Positions 37,881-47,336 of a stretch of DNA of 54,510 nt are shown one piece after another (positions within the stretch are counted from its first letter, which is position 1; every line of letters starts with the position of its first letter). Under the pieces are notes generated by a model. That model did no database searches. It was not told where the DNA came from and was given only the letters and a program-made list of their open reading frames with translations. The stretch covers positions 1 to 54,510 of the forward strand of contig JBBDSX010000046.1 of NCBI GenBank assembly GCA_040904725.1. Direction: 5' to 3'. Both the position numbers and the translations under genes were made by a program. Source of the stretch: Egicoccus sp. (GTDB lineage: Bacteria; Actinomycetota; Nitriliruptoria; Nitriliruptorales; Nitriliruptoraceae).

Positions 37881-39269
37881 TCAGGTGGACGCGGTCTGCT
37901 GCCCCGGCGCGTCGGGGTCCTTCCAGTCGGGACGCGCCAGGAAGGCGCGCGTCTCGCGGACCACGAGGCCCGACAGCAACAGCAGGCCGACGAGATTGGG
38001 CAGCGCCATGAGCCCGTTCATGATGTCGGAGAACAGCCAGACGGTGTCGAGGCTTGCGGTCGCCCCGACGAAGATCACGGCGATGAACACCAGGCGGTAG
38101 GGGACGACGGCGCGGCGCCCGAACAGAAAGTCCATGTTGCGCTCGCCGTAGTACGCCCAGCCGAGCAGGGTCGAGAACGCGAAGAACGCGACGCTGAGGG
38201 TGACGATGAGGCTCCCCCACTCGCCCGGCAGTCCCGTCGCGAAGGCCTGTGACGTCAGCGTGGCACCCTCCTCCTCGCCGAGTTCCCACACACCCGTGAC
38301 GACCAGGGTCAGGCCGGTGAAGCTGACCACGACCAGGGTGTCGAGGAAGGTCTGGGTCATCGAGACCAGCGCCTGACGCACGGGATTGGAGGTCTGCGCG
38401 GCGGCCGCGGCGATACCGCCGGTGCCGAGGCCCGACTCGTTGGAGAAGATGCCTCGGGCGACACCCATGCGCACGACCGTCAGCAGGCCCGCACCCGCGA
38501 ACCCGCCGACCGCTGCCGTGCCCGAGAACGCGTCGGTGAAGATCAGCCCGATCGCGCCGGGGATCTCGGCGGCGTTGACCGCCAGCACGATGGACGCACC
38601 GACGATGTAGACGACCGCCATGACCGGGACGAACGCGGCGGCGAAGCGGCCGATCGCCTTGATGCCGCCGAGCAGCACCGCACCCGCACCGACGACCAGC
38701 ACCAGGCCGGTGATCCAGGTCGCGATGCCGAACTCGTCGCTCATCACGTCGGCGACGGTGTTGGCCTGCACACCGTTGCCGATGCCGAACGCCGCGATCG
38801 CGGCGAAGATCGCGAACGCGACGCCGAGCACCTTGCCGACCGGACCGCCGACACCGTCGCGCAGGTAGAACATCGGGCCGCCGGACTGCTCACCAGCGGC
38901 GTCGCGCCGGCGGAACTTCACGCCCAGGAACGCCTCGGCGTACTTGGTCGCCATGCCGACCAGACCGGTCATCCACATCCAGAACAGCGCACCGGGCCCA
39001 CCGATGCCGATGGCGGTGGCGACGCCGGCGATGTTGCCGACCCCGATCGTGGCGGCCAGGGCAGTCGCCAGCGCCTGGTAGTGGGTGACGTCGCCCTCTG
39101 CCGACTCCTCGCGTCGCTTGATCAGCGCCAGCCACAGCGCGTAGGTCAGCTTGTGGAACTGCACACCCCGCAGGACCACGGTCAGGTACAGCCCGGTGAG
39201 CAGCAGCAGCGGGATCAGCAGCCACGGCCCCCAGACGAACGAGCTGATCTCGCCGAGCACGTCGTTCAC
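37881..39269 (-). CDS. Sodium:alanine/glycine symporter (AGCS/AlsT family)
   Basis: [45 protein letters not shown] and [18 protein letters not shown] 6 nt before GTG 39269. Confidence 0.93.
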   Translation of the reverse strand: MNDVLGEISSFVWGPWLLIPLLLLTGLYLTVVLRGVQFHKLTYALWLALIKRREESAEGDVTHYQALATALAATIGVGNIAGVATAIGIGGPGALFWMWMTGLVGMATKYAEAFLGVKFRRRDAAGEQSGGPMFYLRDGVGGPVGKVLGVAFAIFAAIAAFGIGNGVQANTVADVMSDEFGIATWITGLVLVVGAGAVLLGGIKAIGRFAAAFVPVMAVVYIVGASIVLAVNAAEIPGAIGLIFTDAFSGTAAVGGFAGAGLLTVVRMGVARGIFSNESGLGTGGIAAAAAQTSNPVRQALVSMTQTFLDTLVVVSFTGLTLVVTGVWELGEEEGATLTSQAFATGLPGEWGSLIVTLSVAFFAFSTLLGWAYYGERNMDFLFGRRAVVPYRLVFIAVIFVGATASLDTVWLFSDIMNGLMALPNLVGLLLLSGLVVRETRAFLARPDWKDPDAPGQQTAST

Positions 39270-39347
39270 GGACAACTCCTTCGGATGGACGCGTCACGGG
39301 ACGCTAGACGCAATACTCGCGCGAGGTCACTGGGAAGGACGTGCCAC

Positions 39348-39791
39348 ATGGAAGCCGAACGCCCGGTCGTCCTCGTCGTCGACGACGAGGAGGACGTGCT
39401 CGTGCTGTGCCGCGTCAACCTCGAGTTCGAGGGCTACGAGGTCGTCGAGGCCAGCGACGGCGAGGAGGCCCTCGCCAAGGCGCGGCGGCACCGACCTGAC
39501 GTGGTCCTGCTCGATGTGATGATGCCGGGCCTCGACGGCTGGCAGGTGCTGACCGCCATGAAGGCCGACCCCGATTTGCGTGACACCCCCGTCGTGCTGT
39601 TGACGGCACGGATGCAGGACGACGACCAGATCCGTGGCTGGTCGGCCGGCGCGGCCGACTACGTCACCAAGCCGTTCTCGCCGCTGACGCTGTCGCAGGT
39701 GCTGCAGGACGTGCTCGCCACGACCCCGGAGGAAGAGGAGCGGCGGCGCCGGCTGATCCTCGAGAAGCTCGAATTGCTGCGCGACTCCTGA
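39348..39791 (+). CDS. Single-domain response regulator (receiver only)
   Basis: VVDDE, phospho-acceptor LLDVMMP, LLTA and YVTKPF; no output domain. Confidence 0.9.
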   Translation: MEAERPVVLVVDDEEDVLVLCRVNLEFEGYEVVEASDGEEALAKARRHRPDVVLLDVMMPGLDGWQVLTAMKADPDLRDTPVVLLTARMQDDDQIRGWSAGAADYVTKPFSPLTLSQVLQDVLATTPEEEERRRRLILEKLELLRDS

Positions 39792-39792
39792 G

Positions 39793-40470
39793 CTAGCCGC
39801 GGTCGGCCCCGACCACGACGTGCACGGCGACCGACTCGGACAGGTTGCCCGGTTGCGGCCGCACGTCGCCGGCACCGATCGCTGCGGCGACCTGACGTGC
39901 GGCGGCCTCGTTGCCCTCGGTCCACAGCACCGTGGTGACCTGGTAGTCGAGGGCCTCGTTCTCGGCGACGACGCGGTAGCCCTGCCCGCGCAGATCCTCG
40001 GCCACACCGCGCATGGCCGCCCCGCCGTCGGCCTTGTAGCCGTCGAGCACCTGGATCGTGACGTCGCCCGGCGGGACCGTTGCGGCCGGCTCCTCGGTGG
40101 TCGGCTCCGGTTCCGGCTCGGGATCGGGTTCCGGCTCGGATTCCTCCGAGGTGGGTTCCGGGTCGGGCTCCTCGGAGGCTTCCTCGGTCGGCTCGTCGGT
40201 GGTCTCGGGCTCGGGTTCGGTCTCGGAGGGCGCCGGGTCGGTCGGCTCGGAGGTCGGCTCTGACGTCGGCTCGTCGGGCGAGGTGGTGGGTTGCTCGTCA
40301 GCGCCCTCGTCGCCGGCGGGGACGAGGTCGGCGGGCGGCTCGTCGTCGAGCGTGCCGACGAACGCGAAGGCGCCCGAGGTCACCACGATCACCGCGAGGC
40401 CGGCGCCGAGCTTGCGGGCGAGCGCGGCGCCGGTGCTGGGCCGGGAGGCTCGCCGTTGCGCCGTGTCCAT
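39793..40470 (-). CDS. LytR C-terminal domain-containing membrane protein with Pro/Glu/Thr-rich linker
   Basis: TM helix, PE-rich spacer, then VTIQVL...A...L...GY.V...TTV...A..VA...VHVVVGAD. Adjacent to DUF3263, as in mycobacterial Rv0430-Rv0431. Confidence 0.78.
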   Translation of the reverse strand: MDTAQRRASRPSTGAALARKLGAGLAVIVVTSGAFAFVGTLDDEPPADLVPAGDEGADEQPTTSPDEPTSEPTSEPTDPAPSETEPEPETTDEPTEEASEEPDPEPTSEESEPEPDPEPEPEPTTEEPAATVPPGDVTIQVLDGYKADGGAAMRGVAEDLRGQGYRVVAENEALDYQVTTVLWTEGNEAAARQVAAAIGAGDVRPQPGNLSESVAVHVVVGADRG

Positions 40471-40483
40471 CGCAGCAGACCTC

Positions 40484-40777
40484 TTAGCGGGCGTCCGCGC
40501 CCAGTCGGTTCTCGGCCCGCTGGCGCTGCCGGGCGGCACGCAGCCGGCGCAGGCGCTTGACCAGCATCGGGTCGTAGGCGAGTGCCGCCTCGTCGTCGAT
40601 GACGCGGTTGAGCAGCTGGTAGTAGCGGGTCGGCGACAGGTCGAACTGTTCCTTGACCGCCTGTTCCTTGGCGCCGGCGTAGCGCCACCACTCGCGCTCG
40701 AAGTCGAGGATCTGCTGGGCGCGCACGTCGATACCCGACGCCTCTGCGGCGGCAGCGAAGTCCTGCGGGTAGCTCAC
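40484..40777 (-). CDS. DUF3263 domain protein
   Basis: ILDFEREWW...GAKEQA...F.LSPTRYYQLLN..ID...A..YDPMLVKRLRR; AGGAG RBS before GTG 40777. Confidence 0.9.
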   Translation of the reverse strand: MSYPQDFAAAAEASGIDVRAQQILDFEREWWRYAGAKEQAVKEQFDLSPTRYYQLLNRVIDDEAALAYDPMLVKRLRRLRAARQRQRAENRLGADAR

Positions 40778-40872
40778 GGCGGGCTCCTGGATCGTCCGAC
40801 GTCGACCAGTGTCCCCCACGAACAACATCCATGCAACTACACGCGCGTCGGTGGGGAATCTGCCCGCGACAT

Positions 40873-40910
40873 GCGACGTCCCGGCCCCCTTCAGGGAACC
40901 GGGACGCCAC
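40873..40910 (-). terminator. GC-rich stem-loop directly 3' of tRNA-Thr
   Basis: Minus strand GTGGCGTCCCGGTTCCC-TGAA-GGGGGCCGGGACGTCGC. Confidence 0.6.
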
Positions 40911-40918
40911 ACGTTCGG

Positions 40919-40992
40919 AGCCGAGGAGGGGATTCGAACCCCTGACCATCCGCTTACAAGGCGGGCGCTCTACCGAACTGAGCTACCTCGGC
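40919..40992 (-). tRNA. tRNA-Thr(TGT)
   Basis: GCCGAGGTAGCTCAGTTCGGTAGAGCGCCCGCCTTGTAAGCGGATGGTCAGGGGTTCGAATCCCCTCCTCGGCT folds as a cloverleaf with anticodon TGT; followed by CCG. Confidence 0.95.
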
Positions 40993-41034
40993 GCATGGGC
41001 GTGGACGGTAGCGCCCACGCCGGTGGCACAGCGG

Positions 41035-43077
41035 TCAACCGACCTGTGGTGATGCCTCGGGGGCCGGCGCCGTCTCGTCGTCCGCGCCGCCTTCCTTGCC
41101 CAGCACATGCCTCGCGTGCCAGTCGAGCACGACCTCGAAGCGCTCGACCCGGTGCTTCGGGCTGCCGCCGCGCGACAGTTCGTGGGACTCGTCGGGGAAG
41201 CGCACCATCTCGGTGGTCACGCCGGCCCGCTTGAGCGCGGCGAAGTACTGCTCGCCCTGCTCGATCGGGCAGCGGTAGTCCGCCTCGCTGTGCAGCACCA
41301 GGGTCGGGGCGGTGACCGCCGAGGCGGTCGCCACCGGGCTGGCCGCGCGGTGTGCCTCGACGCCGTCGGGCAGCGATGCCGACAGGAACATCCGGTCGAA
41401 GTACGGACCGATGTCGGACGTGCCGGAAAACGACTCCCACTGCAACAGGCCACGCTCGACGATCGCGGCCCTGTAGCGGTCGGAGCGCGCGATCAGGCGT
41501 GCCGTCGCATAGCCGCCGTACGAGCCACCCATGATCCCGATGCGCTCGGGGTCGGCCTGGGGGAACCGTTCGAGGGTGGCGTCGACGAGTGCCTCGAGGT
41601 CGAGACCGTCGACCGAGCCGTGGTCGGTCCACACGCCGACGACGGCGCGGGCCCACTCGGCGCCGCGGCCGGACGAGCCGCGCGGGTTGCAGCCGACGGC
41701 GAGGTACCCGGCGCCCGCCTCGACCTGGAATTCGTCGAAGAAGTAGTCGCCGTACTGCGAGGTCGGACCGCCATGGATGTTGATCAGCACCGGCACCGAA
41801 CGCTCGGCGGCCTCGTCGAAGCCGTCGGGCATGACCGCCCAGGCGTCGATGCGGGCATCGTCGCGTTCGAAGTCGAACCGTTGCGTCGGTCGCAGGTCGA
41901 CCTTCGCCCGGAACCCCTTGGCCAGGTCGGTGACGTTGCGTTCACGACCGTCTTGCAACCAGATCAACTCACCCGGCGTGGCGGGGTCGGTCACGGTGAA
42001 CGTCAGGGCCGAGGCGTCCGGACGCACGCCGTACCCGGTGACGCACCGGCGCCCGGTGACCACGTCGGCGACGGCCGGCGGCGTGTCACCGTCGGCATCC
42101 CAGCCATCGAGATCGACCTGCACGAGCTTGGTGGTACCGGCGTCCTCGACCCCGATCAGGAACCCGCCGTCGACGAACTGCGGCCCACGGGTCGCCATTC
42201 CGGGCGCGGCGGGCGACACGTCGCGGTCGAGATGGGCGAGCAACTCGAACGGCTCGAACGGGAACTCGCCGTCCGAGGGGCGGCACCAGAACACGCCGGT
42301 GTTGCCGGGCCAGTCGAAGGGGTCGCGGTGGCCGATGGTGAACAGCCGACCGCCGGGGGCGTAGCCGACCCACTGCCAGGAACCGGGGGCCGTGAGCGCC
42401 CGCACCTCGCCGGAGTCGACGTCGAGTTCGAACACCTGCGAGTGCGGCTCGAGGTCGCTGGCGTCGTCGGGCTCGGCGATGAACGCGATCGCCTGCCCGT
42501 CCGGGCGCCAGGCTGGATCGCCGTGGTCGCGGTCGACGGTCGTGAGCCGGCGCGGTTCGTCGTCGCCGTCACGGTCGACCAGCCACAGGTGGTCGCTGCG
42601 GTCATGGACGAAGCCGCCCGCATTCGTGCGGTACGGCAGCCGGGTGATGCGCTTGGGCCGGCGACGGCGTTCGTCGTCGTCGAGGTCGGCCACCTCGTCG
42701 GCATACGCGGCCGCGACCAGCACGAGCCGCTCCGAGTCCGGCGACCACGCGACGTCGGAGACGCCCAGCGGGAGTTCCGTGCGCTGGGCCGCCTCGCCGC
42801 CGTCGGCGGGCATCAGCGCGAGCTGTGGCTTCGCGCCCTCGTCGATGCTGGTGCGCAGGAAGGCGAGGCAACGACCGTCGGGCGACCAGCGCGGCGCGCG
42901 GTCGGACGGCCCGTTGGTGAACCGTCGCGTACGCATCCCGTCGAAGAGGTGGATCGAGCGGACCGTGCGGTCGTCCTCGAGATCGAGTTCGCTGACCACG
43001 AACGCGACGCGGGTGCCGTCGGCGTGCAGTTGCGGATCGCCGGGCACGACGAGGTGTTCGAGGTCTTGCGGGCGCAC
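41035..43077 (-). CDS. S9 family peptidase (acylaminoacyl/dipeptidyl peptidase) with beta-propeller
   Basis: WSPD repeats, IHGGP, NPRGSSG, nucleophile GGSYGG, HSEADYRC and ESHELSR. Confidence 0.93.
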   Translation of the reverse strand: MRPQDLEHLVVPGDPQLHADGTRVAFVVSELDLEDDRTVRSIHLFDGMRTRRFTNGPSDRAPRWSPDGRCLAFLRTSIDEGAKPQLALMPADGGEAAQRTELPLGVSDVAWSPDSERLVLVAAAYADEVADLDDDERRRRPKRITRLPYRTNAGGFVHDRSDHLWLVDRDGDDEPRRLTTVDRDHGDPAWRPDGQAIAFIAEPDDASDLEPHSQVFELDVDSGEVRALTAPGSWQWVGYAPGGRLFTIGHRDPFDWPGNTGVFWCRPSDGEFPFEPFELLAHLDRDVSPAAPGMATRGPQFVDGGFLIGVEDAGTTKLVQVDLDGWDADGDTPPAVADVVTGRRCVTGYGVRPDASALTFTVTDPATPGELIWLQDGRERNVTDLAKGFRAKVDLRPTQRFDFERDDARIDAWAVMPDGFDEAAERSVPVLINIHGGPTSQYGDYFFDEFQVEAGAGYLAVGCNPRGSSGRGAEWARAVVGVWTDHGSVDGLDLEALVDATLERFPQADPERIGIMGGSYGGYATARLIARSDRYRAAIVERGLLQWESFSGTSDIGPYFDRMFLSASLPDGVEAHRAASPVATASAVTAPTLVLHSEADYRCPIEQGEQYFAALKRAGVTTEMVRFPDESHELSRGGSPKHRVERFEVVLDWHARHVLGKEGGADDETAPAPEASPQVG

Positions 43078-43127
43078 GCGCGGGGCCTTCGTCCGGGGGC
43101 GGTTCGGCGACCCCCGAAGCTAGCGGC

Positions 43128-43799
43128 CTACGCCGCGGCCCGGTCCTCGAGCTTGCGCTTGATGCGCTGCAGCGCGTTGTCCACGGCCTTGGCGTGGCGT
43201 CCGACCTGCGCCGCGATCTCCTCGTAGGTGCACCCGTCGAGGTAGAGCCTGAGCACCTCCGACTCGAGCCCCGACAGGACGTCGGCCAGGACCGCGCGCA
43301 GCCGCTCGTGGTCGTCGGCCGCGACCAGCCGCGTCAACGGGTCGTGTTCGTCACCGGCCGGCAGGATCTCGGCCACGGTGCGCGGCGAACCGGCGCGGTG
43401 GGGACGGTCGAGACTGACCGAACTGTTGAGGGGCCCGTGCTTGTGCCGCGTGGCGCTGCGGATGGCGCTGAGCACCTGGCGGGTGATGCACAACTCGGCG
43501 AACGAGCGGAACGAGGTGCCCGACCCCGGTTCGAAGTCGCGGATCGCCTTGAACAGGCCGATCATCGCCTCTTGCACCACGTCCTCGCGGTCGCCGCCGA
43601 CGAGGAAGTAGTTGCGCACCCGCGCCCGTGCGAAGCCGCGGTAGCGCAGCAGCAGTTCGTTCGCCGCCTGTTCGTCGCCGCCACGGACCCGGTCGACGAG
43701 GGCCTCGTCGGCGAGACCGGTGGGCCGCCAGGCGGCGTGGCGACGCCGCAGCGGATGGCTGCGTCTCGGGACGCTGGACAGTCCGGCTCGCTGGGTCAT
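43128..43799 (-). CDS. sigH: RNA polymerase sigma factor of the Firmicute sigma-H (Spo0H) type
   Basis: YFLVGGDREDVVQEAMIGLFKAIRDF, SFRSFAELCITRQ, ATRHKHGPLN and KAVDNALQRIKRKL match Bacillus/Clostridium sigma-H signatures. GGAGG RBS before ATG 43799. Confidence 0.88.
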   Translation of the reverse strand: MTQRAGLSSVPRRSHPLRRRHAAWRPTGLADEALVDRVRGGDEQAANELLLRYRGFARARVRNYFLVGGDREDVVQEAMIGLFKAIRDFEPGSGTSFRSFAELCITRQVLSAIRSATRHKHGPLNSSVSLDRPHRAGSPRTVAEILPAGDEHDPLTRLVAADDHERLRAVLADVLSGLESEVLRLYLDGCTYEEIAAQVGRHAKAVDNALQRIKRKLEDRAAA

Positions 43800-43885
43800 C
43801 GTCACCCTCCGAAGCGGGAGGGTTCGCTCCCCCCGGTCGAAGAGCACAACGAGCCACGGGGCCGGGGGGTGCGCGAACGCGCGAA

Positions 43886-44656
43886 CTAGTCCTCGCGGCG
43901 GCGAAGTACCTCGTAGAGCGCGACGGCCGCGGCGACCGACGCGTTGAGGGAGCCGACGGCGCCTCGCATGGGCAGGTGGACGAGCTGGTCGCAGGTCTGT
44001 GCGGTCAGGCGCGACAGGCCGCGACCCTCGGCCCCGACGACCAGCACCAGCGGCCCGTCGAGCAGCCGGCTGGTCCCGATCGGGTCGGGCGCGTCGCCGT
44101 CGAGGCCGACCGACCAGACGCCGTCGTCGCGCAGGGCCTTGAGCGTGCGCACGAGGTTGGTGACCTGCACGACGGGCAGGTGGGCGAGCGCGCCGGCGGC
44201 CGTCTTCTCGGCCGTGGGGGTGATCGACGCGGCGCGGCGGGAGGGCAGCAACAGCCCGTGCGCACCGACCGCGTCGGCCGTACGGGCGATCGAGCCGAGG
44301 TTGTGCGGATCGGTCACCGAATCGAGCGCGACCAGCAGGAGCGGCTCGTCGCCGGCGCGGCGGCGGACGGTGTCGAGGTCGGCGTAGGCGAACGCCGGCG
44401 CCAGCGCGAGCAGGCCCTGGTGGACCTGGCCCTCGGCCCGGTCGTCGATGCGGGCACGATCGACCTCGTCGACGGTGACGCCGGCCTTCCGAGCCAGCGC
44501 CACGATCTCGTCGAGGACGTCCGAACGCTCGCGGGTGTCGGCGACGAGCAGGCGGCGGACCGGTCGACCGGCCCGCAGCAGTTCACGGATCGGGTGCAGT
44601 CCGACGACGACGCGACCGTCCTCGCGCCGAGGCCGGTCACGGCGGTGCTGGCTCAT
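43886..44656 (-). CDS. rlmB: 23S rRNA (guanosine-2251-2'-O)-methyltransferase
   Basis: HQG, DSVTDPHNLGSIAR, GAEGRGL and SLNASVA SPOUT motifs; follows cysS. Confidence 0.93.
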   Translation of the reverse strand: MSQHRRDRPRREDGRVVVGLHPIRELLRAGRPVRRLLVADTRERSDVLDEIVALARKAGVTVDEVDRARIDDRAEGQVHQGLLALAPAFAYADLDTVRRRAGDEPLLLVALDSVTDPHNLGSIARTADAVGAHGLLLPSRRAASITPTAEKTAAGALAHLPVVQVTNLVRTLKALRDDGVWSVGLDGDAPDPIGTSRLLDGPLVLVVGAEGRGLSRLTAQTCDQLVHLPMRGAVGSLNASVAAAVALYEVLRRRED

Positions 44657-46068
44657 GCCATGTACCAGCGCGGACCGTCGGGTCGGTCCTCGACGATCAC
44701 GCCCGCCGAGGCGAGCTGGTCACGGATCCGGTCGGCCGCGGCGAAGTCCTTGTCGGCGCGGGCCTCGCGGCGTTGCTCGAGCAGTTGGCCGACCAACGGC
44801 TCGAGTTGGCGCTCGAGGGCGGCGGCGTCGGCGAGCGCCGCTTCGAGGCCGAGGCCGAAGACGCCGTCGCCCATGTCGACCAGCGCCTCGCCGAGCCCGG
44901 CCACCTCGGCACGGGCCGCGTCGTCGCCCTTCTCGGCGGCGGCGAGGCGGTCGTTGCCGACCGACACCAACTCGTGGAGGGCGGCCACGGCCTGTGGTGC
45001 GTTGAGGTCGTCGTCCATGGCGGCGCGGAAGGCATCGCGGTGGCGCTCGGCGACGGACTCGTCCGCGGCGATGCCGTCGGCGGCCCGATGGGTGGAGCGG
45101 AGGAACGTCGTGAGGCGCTGGTGGACGGCGGCGGCGTCCCGGAGCCGTTCGGTGTCGAAGGTCAGCGGGCTGCGGTGGGCGGCGGAGAGGTACCAGAGCC
45201 GCAGCGGACCGACGCCCCACTGCTCGACCGCGTCGGACAGCGACACGACGTTGCCGATGGACTTGGACATCTTCTCCTCGCCCATGCGCACCATGCCGTT
45301 GTGGACCCAGTGGCGGGCGAACGTGCCGCCGTGGGCGGCCTCGTGCTGGGCGATCTCGTTCTCGTGGTGCGGAAAGACCAGGTCGAGGCCGCCGCAGTGG
45401 ATGTCGAACCCCTCGCCGAGGTGCTTGGCCGCCATCGCCGAGCACTCGATGTGCCAGCCCGGCCGACCGTCTCCCCAGGGCGACGGCCACGACGGCTCGC
45501 CCGGCTTGGCCGACTTCCACATCGCGAAGTCGAGCGGGTCCTCCTTGCGGTCGGCGTCGACGACGTCCTCGCCCTGCTGCATGTCGTCGATCTTGCGACC
45601 GGACAGCTTGCCGTAGCCCTCGAACGTGCGGACGCGGAAGAACACGTCGCCGTCGACGGCATACGCCTTGCCCTGCTCGATCAACTCCTGGATCAGGGCG
45701 TGCATCTCGAGCAGGTGCCCGGTGGCCAGCGGCTGGACGTCGGGGGGCAGGACCCCGAGTCGGTCCATGGTCGCGTTCCACGCCCGCGTGTAGCGGGTCG
45801 AGATGACGGCGGGGTCGACCTTCTCGCGGCGGGCCCGCATGATGATCTTGTCGTCGATGTCGGTCACGTTCTGCACGAACGTGACCTCGAGCCCGGACCA
45901 GGCGAGGTAGCGGCGCAGCACGTCGGTGACGACCGCGAGGCGACCGTGGCCGACGTGGGCGTCGGCCTGGACGGTGGGGCCGCACACGTAGATCGAGACC
46001 CGGCCGTCGTCACGCGGTTCGAACGCGACCTTGCCGCGTCGCAGGGTGTCGTAGATGACCAGGGACAT
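44653..46068 (-). CDS. cysS: Cysteine--tRNA ligase
   Basis: YVCGPTV, HVGH, GRPGWHIECS, DLVFPHHENE and KMSKS. Confidence 0.97.
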   Translation of the reverse strand: MSLVIYDTLRRGKVAFEPRDDGRVSIYVCGPTVQADAHVGHGRLAVVTDVLRRYLAWSGLEVTFVQNVTDIDDKIIMRARREKVDPAVISTRYTRAWNATMDRLGVLPPDVQPLATGHLLEMHALIQELIEQGKAYAVDGDVFFRVRTFEGYGKLSGRKIDDMQQGEDVVDADRKEDPLDFAMWKSAKPGEPSWPSPWGDGRPGWHIECSAMAAKHLGEGFDIHCGGLDLVFPHHENEIAQHEAAHGGTFARHWVHNGMVRMGEEKMSKSIGNVVSLSDAVEQWGVGPLRLWYLSAAHRSPLTFDTERLRDAAAVHQRLTTFLRSTHRAADGIAADESVAERHRDAFRAAMDDDLNAPQAVAALHELVSVGNDRLAAAEKGDDAARAEVAGLGEALVDMGDGVFGLGLEAALADAAALERQLEPLVGQLLEQRREARADKDFAAADRIRDQLASAGVIVEDRPDGPRWYMA

Positions 46069-46143
46069 GCGTCGTCGCCACCGGATCGGGAGTGGGTTCG
46101 CGCCGCGGGAGCCGTTGGCGCCCGGGCGCACGGAACGGCGAGT

Positions 46144-46653
46144 CTATTGGGGGGACGGCGCGCCGTTCCGCGGGACCGCGGTGATCGTCGCCCAGGCCGC
46201 GATGCCCTCGCCGCGGCCGAGGCTGCCGAGACGGTCGGTGGTCGTGAACTTGACCGAGACGTCGTCGCCCTCGACCTGCAGTGTTGCCGCGAGCCGGGCA
46301 CGCATCGCGTCGCGGTGGGCGGCGAGCCGGGGGCGCTGGGCGACCACGGTCAGGTCGACATTGCCGACCTCCCAGCCGCGGTCCGCGACGGTCGCGACGA
46401 CGCGCGCGAGCAGCCCCAGCGAGTCGGCGCCGGCGACCGCGGGGTCGTCGACCCCGAACCACGAGCCGAGGTCGCCGAGCGCCATCGCGCCGAGCAGGGC
46501 ATCGGTGACGGCGTGCGCGCCGACATCGGCGTCACTGTGGCCTTCGAGGCCCGGCCCGTCGGGGATCTCGACGCCGCACAGGACCAGGCGGCGATCGGGG
46601 TCGTCACCGAAGGGGTGGACGTCGAGTCCGTTCCCGATACGCAGGCGCGTCAT
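46144..46653 (-). CDS. ispF: 2-C-methyl-D-erythritol 2,4-cyclodiphosphate synthase
   Basis: RIG.GLDVH, GHSDADV..HA..DALLGA...GDLG and VSVK.TT...LG..GRGEGIAA. Confidence 0.95.
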   Translation of the reverse strand: MTRLRIGNGLDVHPFGDDPDRRLVLCGVEIPDGPGLEGHSDADVGAHAVTDALLGAMALGDLGSWFGVDDPAVAGADSLGLLARVVATVADRGWEVGNVDLTVVAQRPRLAAHRDAMRARLAATLQVEGDDVSVKFTTTDRLGSLGRGEGIAAWATITAVPRNGAPSPQ

Positions 46654-47336
46654 CGTCGTCCTCCGCGCAACATCGCTTCTGCGACGAGCAGGTCCGGCTC
46701 GTAGGTGATCTTCATGGCCGCGGCGTGCCCCGCGACGACGACGACGCGTCCCTGCAGGCGACCGTCGGTGATCGCCTGCTCGACCAGGGCGAGGTCGTCG
46801 GTCGCGTCGCCGCCTGCGGCGTGCGCGGTCAGCAGGGCCTGGCGCGTGAAACCCTGCGGCGTCTGGACCGCGACCAGGCCGTCGCGGGACACGGTGGCGA
46901 CCACGGTCGCGCCGTCCACGCGCTTGAGGGTGTCGCTGACGGGCAGGCCCGGGGCCGCAGCGACGACGTCGTCCGTGATCGCGTCGGCGACCGCGCGGAT
47001 CACCGACGCCGGCGTCAGTGCCCGCGCCGCGTCGTGGACGAGCACCACCTCGACGTCGCCCAGGGCAGCCAGGCCCGCGGCGACGCTGGCGGTGCGACTG
47101 TCGCCACCGGGGACGAGCGCGGCCACCTCGACATCGGCCGTCGCGGCCTCGAACGCCGCCCGTTCATCCGGCGTGTGGACGACGACGGCCGGCGGGAGGC
47201 CGGCGGCCGCGAGACCCGCGAGGGCGTGGTGGAGCAACGGGCGGCCGGCGAGGTCGACCAGTGCCTTCGGACGCCCGTGGCCGAGACGTTCGCCCCGCCC
47301 GGCCGCGACGACGACCACCCCGGTCCTCACGGTCAC
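46650..47336 (-). CDS. ispD: 2-C-methyl-D-erythritol 4-phosphate cytidylyltransferase
   Basis: AAGRGERLG..PKA, GG.SR..SV, LVHDAAR, VQTPQGF, TDD and KITY..DL. Confidence 0.94.
   Translation of the reverse strand: MTVRTGVVVVAAGRGERLGHGRPKALVDLAGRPLLHHALAGLAAAGLPPAVVVHTPDERAAFEAATADVEVAALVPGGDSRTASVAAGLAALGDVEVVLVHDAARALTPASVIRAVADAITDDVVAAAPGLPVSDTLKRVDGATVVATVSRDGLVAVQTPQGFTRQALLTAHAAGGDATDDLALVEQAITDGRLQGRVVVVAGHAAAMKITYEPDLLVAEAMLRGGRR

Noticed and set aside
36602-38011. ORF with a long (GS)n repeat
   Set aside because: It is the reverse reading of the Pro-Glu repeat and overlaps three minus-strand genes.
36611-40270. Tandem repeats as a possible CRISPR array
   Set aside because: They are 6-nt coding repeats without unique spacers, and no cas genes are present.
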